Below, piece after piece: positions 28,613-50,400 of a DNA stretch of 64,000 bases. The stretch comes from Chrysomallon squamiferum (lineage: Eukaryota > Animalia > Mollusca). Position numbers and translations under genes: made by a program. The stretch lies in assembly GCA_012295275.1 (NCBI GenBank), contig CM022669.1, positions 19,406,001 through 19,470,000 of the forward strand. The letters run 5' to 3'. The notes beneath the pieces are model-generated. The model did no database searches, was not told the origin of the DNA, and saw only the letters and a program-made list of their open reading frames with translations. Position 1 is the first letter of the stretch, and each line of letters opens with the position of its first letter.

Positions 28613-28887
28613 CACTAGAAACAGTTGTAACGGTTATAGCAGAGCATGTCTTGAACTACTGGCATTTGAAAAGCTGGTAGTACTACAGCTGTGTTAAAAA
28701 GTTCTTGGTACGTACTGATCTGTACAGCCAGTACATATTTTCAAATCCTATGCTGTTTTAATTTGGGTTTTTTTGTTGTTGTTGTTGTTGTTGTTTTTTT
28801 ACTTCTATTTTTTTTTTTTATTAATCCACACTCTCTCTCTCTCTCTCCTTGTTTTTCTGTATCTCTTGCTATTCATGCTATACTAGT

Positions 28888-29050
28888 CTCCTTTTTCTCC
28901 AAGTTTGTCTACACTTTTCCTGTTCATGTTTTGTTTGTCTCCCTTTTCTCCACGTTTGTCTACACCTCTCTTTATTCACATTTTATTTGTCTACCTTCTT
29001 TCCATGTTTGTTTTTTACCCCACTCCTCTTTTTGTTCACGTTTTATCAGT
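28888..29050 (+). repeat. Degenerate ~52-bp tandem repeat, 3 copies
   Basis: Units beginning CTCC(C/T)TTTTCTCCA(A/C)GTTTGTCTACAC...TTCA(C/T)(G/A)TTTT at ~28888, 28939 and 28991. Confidence 0.65.
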
Positions 29051-29424
29051 TTATACATTAGTCTGTTCTCCGTCCTTGTTTTCTCAATTTCATCAGGTGT
29101 CTACCGCTAATTAACTGTGAAATGAAATTCTGAAGACAAACGACACATTTCGTGCCTCGTCAAGGAGAAATGAAACCTAACACAAACGTACATCACCCTT
29201 AGATTAATTGGGAACGAATTCTTACAGCTAACAGACAGACAGACGGACAGACAGACAGTCAGGCAGGCAGGCAGACAGACATAGAGAAATGAAATGTTAC
29301 ACAGTGGCTATTAGCACCAAGTGAAATGCAACACCTGTAATTTAATTAGAAATAAAAATAAATTTCATAGACTCTCAGAGTAACAATGACAGTCGAACAG
29401 AGACACGGACAGTGTGAAATAATG

Positions 29425-29508
29425 ATTTATGGATATTTTAGTTCATGGATATATATGGTCATGTTTGTTACTCTCTCTCTCTCTCTCTGTGTCTCTCTCT
29501 GCATATAC

Positions 29509-29596
<88 letters not shown>

Positions 29597-29640
29597 ACAA
29601 ACATGACCATATATATCCATGAACTAAAATATCCATAAAT
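29425..29640. repeat. Perfect inverted repeat (46-bp unique arms extended by (CT)9/(AG)n) enclosing an (AG)n microsatellite
   Basis: 29425-29470 is the exact reverse complement of 29595-29640; the ORF track shows the same peptide start on both strands. Confidence 0.97.
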
Positions 29641-30127
29641 AGTTACATTACTTAATATCTGGAATGTTAATATAATTAATGTTATAAGACTCAGCATGCT
29701 GCTTAGCAACAGAGCCTACACACCTATCATATATCGTCTGACATTTTAACCTATAACGAATCACTTTCTCGTCAAAACACATCTGTCAAACATTTCAAAC
29801 ATCTACGGAACGTTCAAGGTCGCCTGCTTTATCTGTTCGAAGGAATTGTTAGACAGCAAAAGGTAATTAGTCACATGATCAGTCAATAGTGGACTCTTTC
29901 CCGTTCCGGACAATGCTCCACGACCCTTTATGAAAGAGCGTGGTATGTACTTTCCTGTGTATAGGAAAATATATATAAAAGTTTTTTTTGTTTGTAAATA
30001 AATTTTGAAAATAGTATAGTAAGGCGTCTGCGAGTTTCTTCTCTCATTATCTCTGTAGCTGTAAGCCACACGTAACAAATCATATTATTATAGACTAAAA
30101 TGTAATGAGCGCATCATTAAATACCGA

Positions 30128-30170
<43 letters not shown>

Positions 30171-31938
30171 TATATTATTATTATTATTTTATTATTATTA
30201 TTATTTATTTAATTTTTAATTTTTAATTTTTTATTATTATTATTTTTTTATTATATATTTTTCTTTTCTTTTCTTCAGCAATACTGAATTTAACTTCTCT
30301 GAAGTAACAAAAATATCTCAGACCTGTTTTGCACTGCAGGATTCCATCCTACGATAGATTTTTTTCTCTCTCATCTATATATTTTTTTTAAACAAAAGAT
30401 AAAACGGTATTTAAAAAAAAAGAAAAAAAAAAAAGAAAGAAATTCTAACTTGATTAATGCTTTCGTGTTTCGTGACTTGTGTCAGTTTTAACTTTAGAAG
30501 CTGACAGTTCGATGCGAGAAACAAAACATTTCTTCAGCAGGATGAAACCCAATCCAGTTAATGTTATTAGATTTGACATGTATTTGTTATTTTGTGTTAT
30601 AATAACATTTCAAGCTAATGTTTAGATATCCCAGAGGCAAGCTGAGAGACGAAGGCAAAGATAGACAGATAAGCACAGAGAGAGACACGCATATATGTAA
30701 CTTGATCCGTGTGTTCTTTCATATATACATCCATTTATCACTCATAATGTTACATACGAATATACAAACATTTATATATATGTGTAAATATATATATATA
30801 TATACATATATATACATACATATATATATATATACTTTAAAAAGTTTACACACACCCATATAAACACACATACACATACACACATTATTACACACATGCA
30901 TCGTAATGCATATTCAAAAGAGTCAAACAGAACGGAAAAGTACGATAGATAATTACTGTCAGTATAGTTAGAAATGTACATCAATGTACCGCAATGTAAT
31001 ATTACAATAGACCGATTTCCGCACATTACTAAACAATACGTGACAATGCTCCGTATCTGCACGCGACATAAGAACGATACGGAACGGTGCGGACGACAAA
31101 ACTCGAACGACAAAACACATTTCGAACGTCCATATTCATTTGTACTTCTTTTTTTTTCTTAGCAAACGTATATTTGAAACTTAAGTGCAGTGTATGGAAA
31201 TATACACGTTCGTCGTAATGCCGTGGTTAAAGGGTCAAAAATGTAGATTTTTGTCTTTGCCATCATACCTACACATAACGAAAACGATTTTTCACGAAGC
31301 TATTATTTCAGTCGTTTGTTATGGAAGCAATACGTTGTACGACGTCGCACAATCGTTTCCAGCTCTTTGTAAACCTTAATCGTCTGTGCGCAGTGCCGGT
31401 TTCTTTGTGTGTTTTGTATTCGTCTGCTCTGACGTAACGTCTGATTACAAAGCATATTTCGAGTGCAGAATCGTGTACACGTTACTTCCATTTGTGTCCT
31501 GTGGCGTTTTGCTTTTGGTCAATAATACGTTTTTTTTTTTTTTTTTTTTTTTTTTCCGATTTATTTTCGGAATGCAATTTGTATTATCTCTTTGCCCGGA
31601 AGTTATATTATATTATGGACCGTTTGGTTTATTTGTTTGTTTGTTTGTTTGTTGTGTGTGTTTGTTTATCTGTCTGTCTGTTTGTTTGTTTGTTTAATTA
31701 ATCATCCATTCGTTTATACGTATAGATCAGCTGATTTAATGTCATTGACGAAGCAATACAGGGAAGAAATTTCTGACCTTCACTTAGCTAGCTCATCGTT
31801 TTGGTTTTTTTTTTTTTTTTTTTTTTAGCATGCTGACTCTGAAAATTTGTTAAAAAATAATAATAAAAAACAAAAAAAAATTCATATCAGTTAATTACAA
31901 ATCTACCGAATCATGCACAGTGTCTCTTTTAATAAATG

Positions 31939-31974
<36 letters not shown>

Positions 31975-33361
31975 AACAGTGGAATTTAATATTTAATACG
32001 TGTTCATTCAAACTGTATACATATCATTAAGGGTTTATTCATTCGTTCGTTCATTCGTTCGTTCGTTCGTTCACTCATTCATACCATACTACATTTCAGT
32101 AAATGTTAAAAATACTTTGGCCTTGATATGCTAGACACTAAACTGAGTCAGCGTGAAAGAACAACTAAAAAAAAAACCCTTAATTTTGCATTTTAAGACC
32201 TTTTTACTGATCACGTTTTTACTGCATTTCTTTAACGACTTCACAGTGTGTTCTTTCAAGAACGATAATTTTGTCTTTTGTCTGTGAAAAGATTTCAGTT
32301 TTATGGCTTCCCCGTAGTTGGCAATTTACTGCATTTCATTAATACCGCCTTAACGTATTTTTAAAGAACCACTATTTCGTCGTGTTTAATACTGAATGCT
32401 ATATATCCAGAAAAGAAACCCGATGCAGCTGTTCTATTGATCATAAAGATGAAAAAAAAAAAAAAAGCATTTGATTTTCTGTGGAGCTCGATTTTTGTTG
32501 ACAGATGATAAGGATCGATCCTGTGTATGTCTGTATATGTATCTATATGCATGTATGATGCATCTATATATATATGTATGTATGTGTGTATGCATATGTG
32601 TGTGTGCATGTTGTATGTGTGTATGTATGCATGCGTGTATGCTTGCATGTAAATATCTTTGTTCACACCCACACACAGAGAAACACACACACACACAGAC
32701 ACATACACACACACACACACAGAGAGAGCACATTTTATTATTTTAGTCCAGAAAGGTTAATATTTTATGCTCTCTGTTCAAAAAGGTTGACATATTACGT
32801 GTTTGATTCTGTCAGACAGACAATTTTATTTTCAGTATAACTCAGCTACTTTTATTTTTTATTTTATTTTATTTATTTTTTTTTTTTTACAGACGAGATC
32901 AAATTAAAAACAACAACGAATTAAAACTATCATCTCAAGCATCAATAAACTTGAATCTACAAGAACTGATTTTTTTTTCTTTCTTTCTGTTTTTTCTTCC
33001 TTGTTTCGGCGGGGGGGGGGGTTGAAGATAATTTATTTGTGATCCATTTATTTGTTTGGTGTATAGTCTGAAGCCGAAAACAGCAGTTTCTGATATAAGT
33101 TTTAAATAATAACAGTTATATATATTTTTTTCTTAAATCGTGCCGTATTTATCGATTCTTTTCTACAGAGATGTCATATTTAAAAACAAGAGAAAAATAT
33201 CAAAGAAAAGAATGAACAAAATTTAAATTAACACCCACTCACAAAACATAAACCTGTAAATAGAAAATATTTAAAAAAAAAAAAAAAAAAAAAAATGACT
33301 TCCTTTCAATTCGTCGTTTGTCTTCAGGAAAAGTTTTTTTTTCTTCTTTTTTTTAAATTTT

Positions 33362-33392
<31 letters not shown>

Positions 33393-34108
33393 CAGACATT
33401 TTGCTGATCATTGCAATGTATTTATTCCTGTAATATATGAAGACTATCCAGTTTTGTTTCATATTTATTATAATTACTAACAGTTTTTTTTTTTATTTAT
33501 TTATTTATTTATTATTATTATTATTTTTTTTTTTTTTTTGTATTTATTTATCAGACATTTTATTATCTTAGTCTAAGAACGTTCATATAAAAAGCTTATT
33601 TTATTTTGTCTGCCAAGAAAGGATAATACACGCATACACAAATATAAACAAACAAACAAATACACTACACAGTCACACATACCACACATATAAACATCCA
33701 TGCAAAAAACAACAACAAAAAAAACCCATTATTTTTCTTTCTTTTCCTGCATCGTCGTTTTCTTAATATCATTTGACTGTTTTTCAGGGGAACTGTTGAA
33801 AAGAACCAAAAACAAATACTCTGGAGGTTTTTTTTTTTTATTTTCCATTATATTAAACGAATCAACAACGTGAAATAAATTGTTACAGTGCTACACCGCA
33901 ATGAATACGGAAAACAAAACTATGCTAAAAGCAACACAAACATATAAATAATAAATAACATCATCTGAGCCACGATCCTGCGAAATAGAATTACAGTCGC
34001 AATGAAGGAATCATGTTTCTTTTTTGAACAGTGGTTGTTAAAGGGAGGTACTGGTGCGGTAATTAATAATACTAAAAGACGAGAGAAAATACTAAAAAAA
34101 TATATCTG

Positions 34109-34156
<48 letters not shown>

Positions 34157-35339
34157 ATTATGATAATTTTCTAAAATTTATATATCTTAGTGTAGCGTTG
34201 CGTTATAGAATAAAACAGGGAGTTTTTACGGGGTGTTTTTAATTTTTAATTTTTAATGGCAATTTGAACAAGGGAAGACGGATACACTCTCCTTATTCCA
34301 GATGGATTCGTTCCCGAGTTAACGAAATAAAATATGGATGACAATTTCCTTGACCTAAATATATAGGAAATGTCGTTGTCGTTTTAATTTTGTTTAGTTA
34401 ACACACACTCAGAGGAGGCTGAATAAACTGTAACACCATCGTCGTCATCAACATCACCATCTTCAGTGTTTTTAGTAATAATATTACTACTACTACTACT
34501 ACTACTACTATTATTACTGCTGTTACTCTATTGCTACCACTGTTGCTGCTGCTGCTACTACTACTACTACAAGTACCACTGTTATTACTATTACGATAAC
34601 CACTGTTATTATTATTGATAGCAGCAATAAAGTATTAGTAGCAGCAGCAGCAGCAGTTGTGGTAGTAATAGTAGTAGTAATGGTAGTAGTACCAATAATA
34701 CAGTTATTACTGTATTTATTATTTATCATTATCATTTTTACAGCTGTTGTGGATTATAGATCCTCATGTAATACTTTTAAATTTAGCGTGTTAATGAGTA
34801 TTCTTTGTTAGTGGTCATTAATTTAAATTTAAAATCTGTCACACTCATACTAAACAAAAAAAAAACAAATAATAAAAAAAAAAACCAACGACAACAACAA
34901 CAAAATTATAATAAAAGCAATATTTTTTTTTTTTTTTTTTTTTTAAACAGCAAGTAAATAAAATTAAAAAAACAACAATAATAATAAAAAAATTCTTCTC
35001 ACTTTTTTTCTAGATTAGCTTAGTTAATACTTATTTCCATTTCCATTAATTATTTTAATTTTATTTTAAACGGCCGCTGATAATAATATATGTATGAGCT
35101 ATATAAAAACTGGGCAATATTGCTTGAACTCTGACAGTACCGTTGAAATCACCAGTTCGGCCAAGAAATCGGAACTTGGCCGTAAACCAAAACAAAACCT
35201 TAGTGACCAGGTAACATAACAGATCAGACCGTAGTGTCCGAAATCAGAAGGCCATTCAGGTGAAGCGATGACGCTTAAAACTCCAGCAGAATACATTCAT
35301 TATGCTTTCTTAATAAACGATATTAATCGTTCTCTATAA

Positions 35340-35460
35340 AAGGCCAATATAATTATTTATACAGACCAAAGCTTTTATTCACCTATTCAGGAAAAGCCAA
35401 TAGCCAGCAGTGACGTCTGATTTCTGCGCCCGGATTGATAGTCACGTGTCTGACATGGGC
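35340..35460 (+). promoter_or_regulatory. Probable promoter/proximal regulatory region of the RASD/DIRAS-like gene
   Basis: CCAAT at 35344 and 35397, CRE-like TGACGTCT at 35411, E-box CACGTG at 35443, in a CpG-rich island ~1.1 kb upstream of the ATG. Confidence 0.45.
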
Positions 35461-35767
35461 TGCAGATTATTTTTCGATCTCTCGTGTTTTACCGAAGTGC
35501 CGATTTCGTTCGAAGCCGTCTGCGAGTTCACTGGAATCTCTAGGGCGCGCAAGAGCAGACGACAAGCCGCTGAAGAGAAGCAAGCGCTATTAAGTGACAG
35601 CGGTTTTGACTGGCTGAGCAAGAAACGTTAACTGGCAAATGTTAAGCACAGTTAAGAAGTAACTTCAGTTTGAACTGAGAAAGTAACTAGTTAACAAGTA
35701 CCGCGAAGGGCTGTTGAATATGTAACGTCATTTATTTTTCAGCAAGTAATTTTGAACAGTTGAATGA

Positions 35768-36020
35768 CTGACGTGAAGTATTGTTGAACAAATAACGTGA
35801 AATACAATTGAACAAATAACGGGATCTGTTGCTGAGTAAATAACGTGAACTGTTGTTGGACAAGAAACGTGAATTATTGTTGAATAAGTAACGTGAACTA
35901 TTTTGGAATCAGTAACGGAACTACTGTGGAATACGCAACGTGATATATTGTTACTAAGTAACGTGATCTGTTGTTGAATAAGTAACGTGAACTATTGCTG
36001 AACCAGTAACATGATCTGCT
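35768..36020 (+). repeat. Degenerate 24-bp tandem repeat (~AACGTGAACTATTGTTGAATAAGT), ~10-11 copies
   Basis: Regularly spaced TAACGTGA...TTGTTGAA units between the putative promoter and the ATG. Confidence 0.85.
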
Positions 36021-36501
36021 GCTCTGAAGAAGCACTAACTACTGTCAAACAAACAATAGGAATTATAACTGAAAAAAAAAATGTTAAATAATAATTAGCA
36101 AACTGCTGTTATTAATACTAAAAGATGGTAATTAAGCGATGAATATAGCAACTGACCTTGCATCGTTAACCAATGAAGAAAGAGAAGCCGATGTGCAGCT
36201 AAAAAAAAAAATCGTTAACAACAGCAGAAAACTAGTGAACACTGACCATATACCTGTAATTGACAGCTAGCCGTATATATTTATATATCTATATATAAAA
36301 ACTACTTTTTAATACAAATTTCTTATAAACAAAAACACGATTAAAAAAAAAGAAATTGGGAACTAAAAGTCACGTTACGCTGCGTCAGAAAACTTCGTTT
36401 AAAAAAATGTAAATGGTTGTAACAATTTTGTAAGAGGCAAGGAGCAGGTAACTGCAAATTATCGTGATTTTAGGGTGAGATAATGAGGACGTAATTTCAA
36501 C

Positions 36502-44143
<7,642 letters not shown>

Positions 44144-44659
44144 TAACGTCATAATGGCATGACGTCATAGTGCTATTACGCAGTATGTTCGTATCTATGA
44201 CGGAAGACATGAAGGGTAAAAGGCGACAAACGGAACATTTATTTTGCTATTTCATGGACGGAGTGTTAGTTTAATGTGTGTTAGTTTCTATACAGCAAAT
44301 ACTGTTATCTAACGAAAATACCCTTTTCACAAAATTGATATATGCCCTGTTACAAAAATGCGATATACCGTCTTCTGAAAATATGTCATATCCCCTTTAC
44401 AAATACGATAAATTTCCTGACATGAATAATATAATATAATAAAATAAATATAATATAATATATATTTTATTTCATTTTATTTGGTTTGATTTTTTGTGTC
44501 TGTGTATGTACATATACATAGATAATATGTACACAAATACACATACGTGTATATTATATCTTTATATGTAGACACAGACACCACATACATATATACGTAT
44601 TTACTTACCTACATACATGTATACAAATAAAAAATAAAGAATTAAAAACAAAATCGATA

Positions 44660-44751
44660 TACAGTTTTAGAAAATGCCTTATAACCAATTTAGGAAATAC
44701 GATACACGACCAATATTAGAACAACCATTAAGAGAAGCACACAAAAGCAAG
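44660..44751 (+). repeat. 92-bp dispersed direct repeat, copy 1
   Basis: Identical to 46671-46762 except for 2 substitutions. Confidence 0.92.
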
Positions 44752-46465
44752 ATTTTCTATGAAAAAAAAAAAAAAAAAATGAAAAAAGATAAAAAGCATT
44801 CTCTGTGGATATATCGCATTTTTGCCAGGAATTATTATTTTTCTTTTTTATGCATTTTTTTTTTTTTGTTAATATTATTAAATGCCATATAATATTATAA
44901 TGTACTGTATGCATAATTAAACAGCAGAAGAAGCTTCCAAATGCATTATTATATGCTCATTATGATGTCATAAAACAAAATGCTTCCAAATGTGTGATAA
45001 TCTTAAATGTCATTGAGGTCAACCAGTGGTGGAGTATTTTGTTGTATTGTTACTGGATTTTTTTTTTTTTTTTTTTAATTAATGAGCAGAGGAAAAAAAA
45101 AATCAAAATAAAGGAAAAAACAATTAAAATGGGTGATTACAGAACTGATCTCAAAAGAAAACTGTTTCTCAACGTAATACGTAACAACTGTCAGTGCGGG
45201 CACTTTTCTATATGACGTAATACATCACGTATAGAAATAACAGGTTTACTTCATCGGTGCCATACATTGTTATAGTCTGAGGCTATTTTAGATAATTTGT
45301 ACATCATGATGATGACGACGACGACGATGATGATGATAATTATTATTATTATTATTATTATTTTATGGATGTTACAACATATTGATATTTGCAGTGTTAT
45401 GGTCCCATAGCATGGAAAAAAGTAATTAATTAATTAATTAATAATAGTTCAAACAAAAGACTTCGGCTTGCATGCATTCTTGCAAGCTTATTATTCTATT
45501 TTATAGGCCTACTTTATGTTTAACAATGACTGATCGCCAAGTTCTAGTAAAATAATGAATGTTTTAAATGCTGTTCGTTCTTGCCTCCAAATATACACTT
45601 TAATCAGTGGTACCATATGTAGATATCAGATTTTTTTCTCTTAAAGCTGGCATTCAAGCCTGCGATTTAATGTTAAATTTGAAATGATGAATACTGATAT
45701 TTGTTATTCATATTTTTCCATGAGTTTTTTAAACTGAAATTTATATAGTTATTGTTGTTTCAAGTTGTTGTTAAATGTTTTAATATAATTAGTTATTTCT
45801 TACGTGCAATATGCTTAATGAGGCTTTGATAGTGCTTCATGTGAATAAATACAGTTTCAAAAATGTTTATTTGTTTGTCATTTTAAATAGGGAAGTATGG
45901 CAGCTTTTAGATATTAACTAAATCTTTCCTATGATATAGTGTATATGTATGTACGAGTGTGTATTTGTGGGTGATACATACATGTGTGAATGTGTGTGTA
46001 AAGAAAATTAACATATTTAATCAATCATTTCACGAAAACAGGACGTGGCTTTAAACCTGCTGTGAGCTGTCAAACATTTCCCGATTGGACCTAGAATTCC
46101 TAAGGTCGGCCTTCTCCGTTCATATTCGTATGTATGTTCATAGATTCGCACGTTTTGTTTTGTATTCTTCCCATTTTATTTATCCCATTATGGATATTTC
46201 AAAGTATTGTTTATTAATTCGTTTATTGATTTAATATCAAACGATTCCTCTTTAGTTGAAACAACTTCTTTTTTTTACGATGTAAGGGAGATAACCGCGA
46301 ATACACATGGTCTTCCGTAACAGGGATTCCATAACTGAAGAATTCTAAAACCTATACATTCATCTTAGTCGAAAAAAAATAAGAACAATAACTGATGTTT
46401 ATTTTATAATTTTTCTTTTAAACAAATAGAGATACAAACTGACTGAAGTAAAGACATCTAAAAAA

Positions 46466-46568
<103 letters not shown>

Positions 46569-46670
46569 GTTTACCAACTACTTATTTATTTAGATTTAAT
46601 ACTTTGACATGTTACTATAAAATCTATAAATTATACATTTGTAGAACTAGAAATTATGCATTTATTTATT

Positions 46671-46762
46671 TACAGTTTTAGAAAATGCCTTATAACCAAT
46701 TTAGGAAATATGATACACGACCAATATTAGAAAAACCATTAAGAGAAGCACACAAAAGCAAG
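46671..46762 (+). repeat. 92-bp dispersed direct repeat, copy 2
   Basis: Identical to 44660-44751 except for 2 substitutions. Confidence 0.92.
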
Positions 46763-47249
46763 TAACTTCATATTGCGCGATAAGTGCCTTTGAAGTCTAT
46801 ATTATGAAATAAATTAACTATAAAGTAGATTTTTTTTTTCTTTTTTTTTTTTTTTTTTTTTTTTTTTTCTTTTTTTTTTAATGCATTATGTACGAATAAA
46901 ATCATGCACATATCTGTCGACGATTTTAAATTCATATTTTTATTTATTTATTTAACAGTTTTTATGAGTAATATAAGAAAAAGAAATTTCGATTTAAAGG
47001 TGACCATTAAAGTTACCGAAAGGATGAACTAAGTTCAGGTTGACCCAGACAATTTGCTGGGGTTAGTTTCAGATGAGGTGACGAATCTAAGTTTAAGCAG
47101 GTCTCTCCGGTTTGCACATGACAGTTATCGTTCTTCATTTAGTCTATTTAACTTAGGACGACATATCGCTGTTATTAATGTGACTTGCCAGATAGAAATA
47201 TATTTATTTTACTAACAAAAATATTTCAGATAAAATAATTACAACAAGG

Positions 47250-47290
<41 letters not shown>

Positions 47291-47356
47291 AAAAAATAAA
47301 AGTAAAATCGGGGAATGCCCTGTAAGAAACGTCATTTCCTGTTCTCAAATTTCAAC

Positions 47357-47495
47357 ATGTCTATAAATGTGTGTAATAGAACAACTCGTGGAAAATCAGA
47401 AAGATTTCGTCTTTATAATGTGAATATTTCAGACACAATACTTAATCTACGCGAGAAAATAGCTAATCATATTAACATTCCAAGAGAACACATCG
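47357..47495 (+). CDS. UBL7: UBL7 exon 1
   Basis: CAAC-ATG, MSINVCNRT...IPREHI, donor G|GTAAGT, phase 1. Confidence 0.85.
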
Positions 47496-50400
47496 GTAAG
47501 TAGATATGTGATAATGTGATATGTTATCGGATAACTTTTAATTCCGTATCGTAACAATGTATTTATTTATTTACATCAAATTTATACATTTTAATTAGAT
47601 GAAACAGAAATTTATGAATTGTTGAGTGTAAATGTTTCACGAATTTTTTTTTCGATATTATAAAGATAAAAATTTATGATTGTTGTTAAAATATTAATTA
47701 ATAAATTATTAAAAATATTTCAGAATTAATTTATTGTGGACAGAGGTTAAAAGATGATTTGTCAGCCGACAGGTATGGAATCAAACAAGGCAGTACAGTG
47801 TATGCACTACCTCTTCAGACAGGACTTCATGAGAGTGGTAATAATCATTATACTTCTTAGAATTATTATTTCACATTCCATCTTAGCTCTGGAACTGTAA
47901 TAAATAAATAAATAAATAAATAAATAATGGTTTGCAAGGTTTAATTAATTAATAATAATTTTTAAGTCTTTTCTGCTTTGGAAATTCTTGTTAACAAAAA
48001 TTCTTATTTTATAACTTCTACACCTAAATTAACATAAAAACATTTTCATACAGTAAGAAGCACCATTAGGTTTTGCTAAATCTTTATTGTCAAATTTGAT
48101 AAGGCTGTAAGTGTTTGTATTTCTATGTACAGAAGATCTTATATGTATTTTCTGTATTTATTTACATTACATTTACTTTTCCATTATTTTTATTTTAAAA
48201 ACTTTGCTTTTCCATTTTTTATTTATATTTTTCTTTCCTAATTATTATTATTATTATTTTTTTTTTTACTTTGCTTTTCTATACTAACCCTATTTTTTTT
48301 TTTTTTTTTTTTTTTTTTTCAGAATGTATGCCTGACCATGCAGGTGTATCTGAAGTTGTAACTGCCTTACAGTCTGCTCTGCTTAATCCAGCATACAGAA
48401 GTATAGTACGTTCAACGTCCAATCATTATTATTAAATTTACTAGATAAAAAAACTGATTTAATTTTAAATTTGAATCAAGAATTTTCAAAGTATTATTTT
48501 TTAAGAATATTCTAAATTAACACAATAAAATAGTTATATCCTCATTAGATTAATTCATTTTCACACTAGTTTAATTTAATATCATTTAATGTATTAGTGA
48601 ATTAAATTATACAATTTTCAATCAGTTTTAATTATTGTTCACAAATCATTTAAAAAAATATATATATAATTAGGATATCCATTAATAAATGATAAAAGTT
48701 CACTGCTAAATTTATTTGCTCATATATATATCAGAAAAATGTGACTTAAAATATTAACTTCAATTGGAACTTAAGTATATAATATTTTATTATTATTTAT
48801 TCCCAGTATATTAAAATTAGCTTTTTTTCTTTCTTTCTTTTTATTTCAACTCTGAATCTACCACATAAAATATTCAACTAATTTATATCAATACAACAAC
48901 AATAGAGTTAGTTATGTACTAAAGACAAATTTTATAAATTTTAATGAGCTTGCATATTGGATTTTATATTTTGGCCAATATTATTATTTCTGTTTTGTCA
49001 TTTGTTATTTGCTACTTGTGACATTTGAGAGGAAATTTGCAGGTTGAAAGAATGTTATCGGATCCTGAGACAATTGAAAATATTCTTGCAGCAACACCAG
49101 GACTTGACAAAGATCCTGTCTGTATTGGTAAGTTTATATTGTTTTAGCTGAAGGATACCATTTTAAATCTTATAAATCTAGTTAACGATACATTTGTACA
49201 AGTTCTGGCTATCCTGGTACATGCTTTTCATATTTAAGATAAAAAAAATCAGCTGAAAAAAAAAAAATAATAATAATCATGATTTATTATTTTTGTGGAA
49301 AGATCATGCACATTTTAATACATTTTTGTAAATTATTTATTTTAGTCTATTTTATTCTTTCTTTTTACAATTACTATTTTTTATTTTATTATTATTATTT
49401 TTTTTATATTAATATTAATGTTATTATTATATAAGAAAAGGTTTTATTTGTGGCTAGGTTACAGTTAAAAAGAAAATATTATAAAGTCAATTTAAGTTTG
49501 AAAACACAGATGCATATTTTGATATGTTATAATCAGGAACTTAAAAAGATCTAAAGTCATATATCAGTCTTAAATTTAAAAAGCACAAATATTCTATAAA
49601 AAAAAAAAAAAAATACAAATTATTGTCTGTTCTCCATACTAGGTTTGTGAATTGGCTCCTGTTTTATTTGTTATTTGTGTAATGTACATGTTAATTTTAT
49701 CTACTGTATATATGATATGGAACATCTTTCTTGTTTATAATTATATGAATTCTACTGTTTATGTGATTTAGGGGTTTTTGTGTTTGGTTTATGAATTGTT
49801 TTGATTTCTTCTTTTCACTGTATTTGTTTACTATAATTTGTATTTGCATATTCTCATGTTACTTGTTGCTTATTTCTTCAGCAATGTTACAAGATCCAGA
49901 ACAATTAACTATCCTTGCTCACCATCAGAATATATCAAAGTAAGTTTCAAAAATTCATCTTAATTTATTTAATTCTCACTGTTTTTGGTTTTGAATTTGT
50001 TTTTTTTATGTTAATACCGGTGACTGTTTATTTGTAAGAAAATATTTTGCAGCCAATATGTAATTTCCTTTCCTGTCTATGGGAAGGCACACACTGAATG
50101 TTTCTTACTGCTAATGTAAAAACATAACTGATTTTAAATACCAAATCTGTACTGGGGCTTTTCAGATACAAAATGACTAATTGTGTCTTACTTAAAGATT
50201 TTTATTTATAATTTTGTTACTCCATAGATTACTTAAAAAACACCCCGCATTTGCCCAGGCTGCCATAACTATAGCTACAGCCGTGAATCAGGAAGGATCC
50301 AAAGAGGGTTTTAAAGCCACATCAGGAGGTAGTCATTATTCTTTTTACCTGTTTATCATTACTAAACTCAAAGTAATTAAAATTATGAATTCCTCATGTT

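Noticed and set aside
47315-47356. Upstream in-frame ATG extending UBL7 by 14 aa (MPCKKRHFLFSNFN)
   Set aside because: ATG 47357 has the CAAC context also seen at the GTPase start and begins the UBL fold; the extension cannot be excluded without TSS data.
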